From Thermoproteota archaeon (GTDB lineage: Archaea > Korarchaeota > Korarchaeia > Korarchaeales > Korarchaeaceae), in NCBI GenBank assembly GCA_027492205.1, contig JAOZFN010000006.1, positions 71,369-135,368 on the forward strand: a stretch of 64,000 nt of DNA. The letters run 5' to 3'. Made by a program: the position numbers and the translations under genes. Positions 59,708 through 64,000 of this stretch are shown piece after piece. A model generated the notes under the pieces. That model had not been told where the DNA came from, did not search any database, and saw only the letters and a list, made by a program, of their open reading frames with translations. Positions within the stretch are counted from its first letter, which is position 1. The number at the start of each line of letters is the position of its first letter.

Positions 59708-60712
59708 ATGCCCATCAGGGCCAGGGCATCAGCTCCCTCTCAGGCATTCCTGCTTGGAGAGCACGCCGTCCTATACAGGCAGCCGGCTCTGGCAGCCTCC
59801 ATAGACGTGAGGTCTCACGTCACGGTGGAGGTGACTTCCAAGCCGGGAGTGGTGGAGATAGAGTCTACAGCCTTCGAGTCCGGTCTCCTGGCCAGGCTGT
59901 CTGGGGGGTACTCGCTGGTCGATGTGAGGGGGCACCCGGCGCTCGAGCCCCTGGCCAGGGGAATTGCCGGATTCCTTGGGAGATGGATGGGGCGCGACGT
60001 CGGTCTCAAGGTGGAGATCGACTCGGACGTACCGGTCAACAGCGGGATGGCGAGTTCCGCGAGCGTCTCGGCCGCGCTGGTGGCCGCCGCCTCTAGGGCC
60101 CTCGGACTGGACCTCTCCCGTGAGGAGATCTTGGAGGAGACCTACTCTTTCGAGACCATTATACACGGGAAGGCCAGCAAGACGGGCCCAGCCTGCGCGG
60201 TCCTCGGAGGCATAATATGGATAGAGTGGTCGGACGGAGGTATGTCCGCCGAACCCCTTGGCGAGGCGCCGAGTCTGAGCTTCGTCATGGGGATTACCGG
60301 GAGGCCCAGCAGGACCAAGGAGATGATTGAGAGGGTTGCCAAGCTGGCAGAGGAGGTGCCCGCTCCCCACGCCAAGATAGTCTCCGCGATCGGAGATCTC
60401 GTCCGCTCCGGAAAGGAGGCGCTGATTTCCGGCGACGCGGCCGCCTTGGGGCGCCTCATGAACGTGAACCACGGCCTCCTCGCCGCCCTCGGCGTCTCCT
60501 CACCCGAGCTAGACCGCATAGTCTGGGCTGCCAGATCCGCCGGCGCGCTTGGCAGCAAGCTCTCGGGCGCCGGCGGTGGAGGCTGCGCCGTCTCGCTCAG
60601 CGAGAAGGGTGCGGCCGAGAGGATAGCCTCGGCCATAGAGGAGTGCGGCTTCAGGTCTCTCCCCGCCCCCCTGGCCGAGGAGGGCGTTCGAATCGAGGAG
60701 GTGGTATCGTGA
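59708..60712 (+). CDS. Mevalonate-kinase-like GHMP kinase with divergent catalytic residues
   Basis: LGEHAV.Y, SGMASSA, E..IHG..S, N..LL..LGVS, KLSGAGGGGC. Confidence 0.75.
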   Translation: MPIRARASAPSQAFLLGEHAVLYRQPALAASIDVRSHVTVEVTSKPGVVEIESTAFESGLLARLSGGYSLVDVRGHPALEPLARGIAGFLGRWMGRDVGLKVEIDSDVPVNSGMASSASVSAALVAAASRALGLDLSREEILEETYSFETIIHGKASKTGPACAVLGGIIWIEWSDGGMSAEPLGEAPSLSFVMGITGRPSRTKEMIERVAKLAEEVPAPHAKIVSAIGDLVRSGKEALISGDAAALGRLMNVNHGLLAALGVSSPELDRIVWAARSAGALGSKLSGAGGGGCAVSLSEKGAAERIASAIEECGFRSLPAPLAEEGVRIEEVVS

Positions 60713-62547
60713 AGATATTCGCGCTTCATTCGGACAGGATCTGGTATAGGGTTAGGGATAGGGCCGTGGCCTCCGCCCCCGAGCCTGAGGAGCGCGAGGC
60801 CGAGTACGAGGAGGTTCTCGTCCTATTCACCGCCTTTGAGTCCTTTGACGACCAGAGTTCCGTTGACAGCGCGGTCTCAGAGGTCAAGACGCTGGCGAGC
60901 CGCCTCGGAGTGAGCGAACTCGTGCTGTATCCCTGGGTCCACCTCACCGAGGAGCCAGCCCCGTTCCAGAAAGCCCTGGATCTATACACCTCGCTGCTGA
61001 AGTCCTTGGCCGATACGGGCTTCACCGTTCACCCAGTGCCGATCGGCTGGTACAAGGAGTTCGAGATCAAGGTGAAGGGTCACCCACTGGCCGAGTCCCT
61101 GAGGACCATCCGCCCGGAAGGGGAGGGGGAGGCCTCGGTAGAGGAGGAGGCTGAGGAGGTCAGCAGGTTCGTAATTCTCTTTCCCGACGGAAGCGAGCGT
61201 GAAGTAGACGGCTGGGAGTGGATCGAGGACCCCGAGCTCAGGATAGTGGTGCGAAATGAGGTGTTCGGCAAGCCCCCATCCGGCAGGGAGCCCGAGCACA
61301 TACGGCTCATGAGGAGGCTGGAGCTGGTCGACTACGAGCCCTCCTCCGACGTCGGTCACTTCCGCTTCTACCCCGAGGGAACGCTGGTGAAGAGGCTCAT
61401 CGAGGACCTCGCGTTTGAGGTCGCCCACAGGATAGGGGCCATGGAGATCGAGACTCCCCTTCTCTACAGGCTCGACGACCCCGCCATAGCTGGCCAGGCG
61501 GCGAAGTTCAGGGAGAGGAACTACCAGATCCCCATGGGGAAGACCACCCTTATACTGAGGTTCGCCGGCGACTTCGGCCTCTTCTCCATGATGAGAGACA
61601 TGAACATCTCCTATAGGGATCTGCCCCTCAGCTTCTACGAGATCTCCCCATCCTTCAGGCTCGAGCAGAGGGGGGAGTGCGTCGGCCTGAGGAGGCTCAG
61701 GGCCTTCACGATGCCCGACATCCACTCCTTCGTGGCCGACGTGGATCAGGGGATGGAGATGTACGAGCGGTACTTCACGGAGTACCACCGCCTGCTGCGA
61801 GATCTCAACGTGGATTACGCGGTCGTGTTCAGGATCGTGGAGAGCTTCTACGAGAGGCTCAAGCCGGCAATCGTGAGGATGCTGTCGGCCGTAGGCAAGC
61901 CGGCCCTCATAGAGCTTCTCCCAAAGATGAAGCACTACTGGGCCCTAAAGCACGAGTTCCAGGTCGTCGACACCTCTGAGGGGAACGGCCAGCTCAGCAC
62001 GGTCCAGCTGGACGTGGAGGACTCTGAGAGGTACGGTATCTTCTACGTCGACAGGGACGGAAACAAGAGGCCGGGCGTCATAGTCCACACCTCCATGGGG
62101 AGCGTCGAGAGGCTGATGTACGCCATCTTGGAGACCGCGGCGAAGTCGACCGCCAGGGGGGAGAAGCCCTCCCTGCCGGTGTGGCTAGCGCCCACGCAGG
62201 TCAGGGTTATCCCGGTATCGCCGGACAACGCTGAATTTGCCCTCTCCCTCGCTGATAGATTGAATTCAAGCGGAATAAGGGCAGACGTCGATGATAGGGA
62301 GCTGACTCTGGCCAAGAGGATAAGAGAAGCCGAGAGAAGGTGGATTCCCTATGTCGTCGTTGTGGGCAAGCGGGAGCAGGAGACCGGGAGGCTCTCGATC
62401 AGGAGGAGGAGAGACGGCGCTGAATACGAGGCCGGCCTGGTGGAGCTGATCTCTGAGATCAAGTCTCTCACCGAGGGCAAGCCATTCAGGCCTCTAAACG
62501 TCCCTATGAGGCTGAGCAGGAGACCGGTGTTCGTGGGATCCTCCTGA
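60709..62547 (+). CDS. thrS: Threonine--tRNA ligase (archaeal type with N-terminal editing domain)
   Basis: YPWVHL, GWYK.F...KGHPLAE, SDVGH, RFA, FRLEQRGE..GLRRLRAFTMPD.H, GSVER, PVWLAPTQVR. GTG start overlaps the upstream stop. Confidence 0.95.
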   Translation: MKIFALHSDRIWYRVRDRAVASAPEPEEREAEYEEVLVLFTAFESFDDQSSVDSAVSEVKTLASRLGVSELVLYPWVHLTEEPAPFQKALDLYTSLLKSLADTGFTVHPVPIGWYKEFEIKVKGHPLAESLRTIRPEGEGEASVEEEAEEVSRFVILFPDGSEREVDGWEWIEDPELRIVVRNEVFGKPPSGREPEHIRLMRRLELVDYEPSSDVGHFRFYPEGTLVKRLIEDLAFEVAHRIGAMEIETPLLYRLDDPAIAGQAAKFRERNYQIPMGKTTLILRFAGDFGLFSMMRDMNISYRDLPLSFYEISPSFRLEQRGECVGLRRLRAFTMPDIHSFVADVDQGMEMYERYFTEYHRLLRDLNVDYAVVFRIVESFYERLKPAIVRMLSAVGKPALIELLPKMKHYWALKHEFQVVDTSEGNGQLSTVQLDVEDSERYGIFYVDRDGNKRPGVIVHTSMGSVERLMYAILETAAKSTARGEKPSLPVWLAPTQVRVIPVSPDNAEFALSLADRLNSSGIRADVDDRELTLAKRIREAERRWIPYVVVVGKREQETGRLSIRRRRDGAEYEAGLVELISEIKSLTEGKPFRPLNVPMRLSRRPVFVGSS

Positions 62548-62574
62548 CGCGCCGTCCCGCATTAAAGATCAGAG

Positions 62575-62651
62575 TGGCGGCGGGGGTGGGACTCGAACCC
62601 ACGACCGCCCGGTTAACAGCCGGGCGCTCTACCTAGCTGAGCTACCCCGCC
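62575..62651 (-). tRNA. tRNA-Asn(GTT), CCA encoded, no intron
   Basis: Reverse complement: GGCGGGG/CCCCGCC acceptor, CCCGG-CTGTTAA-CCGGG anticodon arm, GGTTCGAGTCC T arm. Confidence 0.96.
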
Positions 62652-62690
62652 CGGAGGGGGGGAGGAAAGCCCCATAAAAAGGGTTTCCCC

Positions 62691-64000
<1,310 letters not shown>

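Overview
A gene-dense, GC-rich archaeal core-genome window. Archaeal-type RadA, NurA-HerA-Mre11-Rad50, histone, ribosomal protein S25e, tetraether synthase, a BpsA-like enzyme and PAC2 chaperones point to a thermophilic TACK-type archaeon, possibly Korarchaeia-like (inference). It holds about 65 CDS and two intron-less tRNAs with encoded CCA (Arg-TCG, Asn-GTT). I found no CRISPR array, transposase or integrase. All functional calls come from motif recognition by eye, not database searches. The strongest leads: (1) a free-standing AdoMetDC/SpeD homologue lacking the self-cleavage serine, overlapping a branched-chain polyamine synthase gene, which could be a prozyme-like partner; (2) a catalytically degenerate UppP/BacA domain fused to a DedA/VTT domain, a candidate lipid-carrier recycling protein; (3) a PspA/ESCRT-III-superfamily gene paired with a membrane-anchored winged-helix protein; (4) a mevalonate-kinase-like GHMP protein missing its catalytic Lys and Asp; (5) two sulfur-carrier homologues that lack their reactive residues; (6) a membrane-anchored pseudo-HerA/VirB4 ATPase; (7) a GIY-YIG-HAD fusion; (8) an arcE-creatininase-pyk operon; (9) a roughly 600 bp AT-richer intergenic region upstream of the histone gene.
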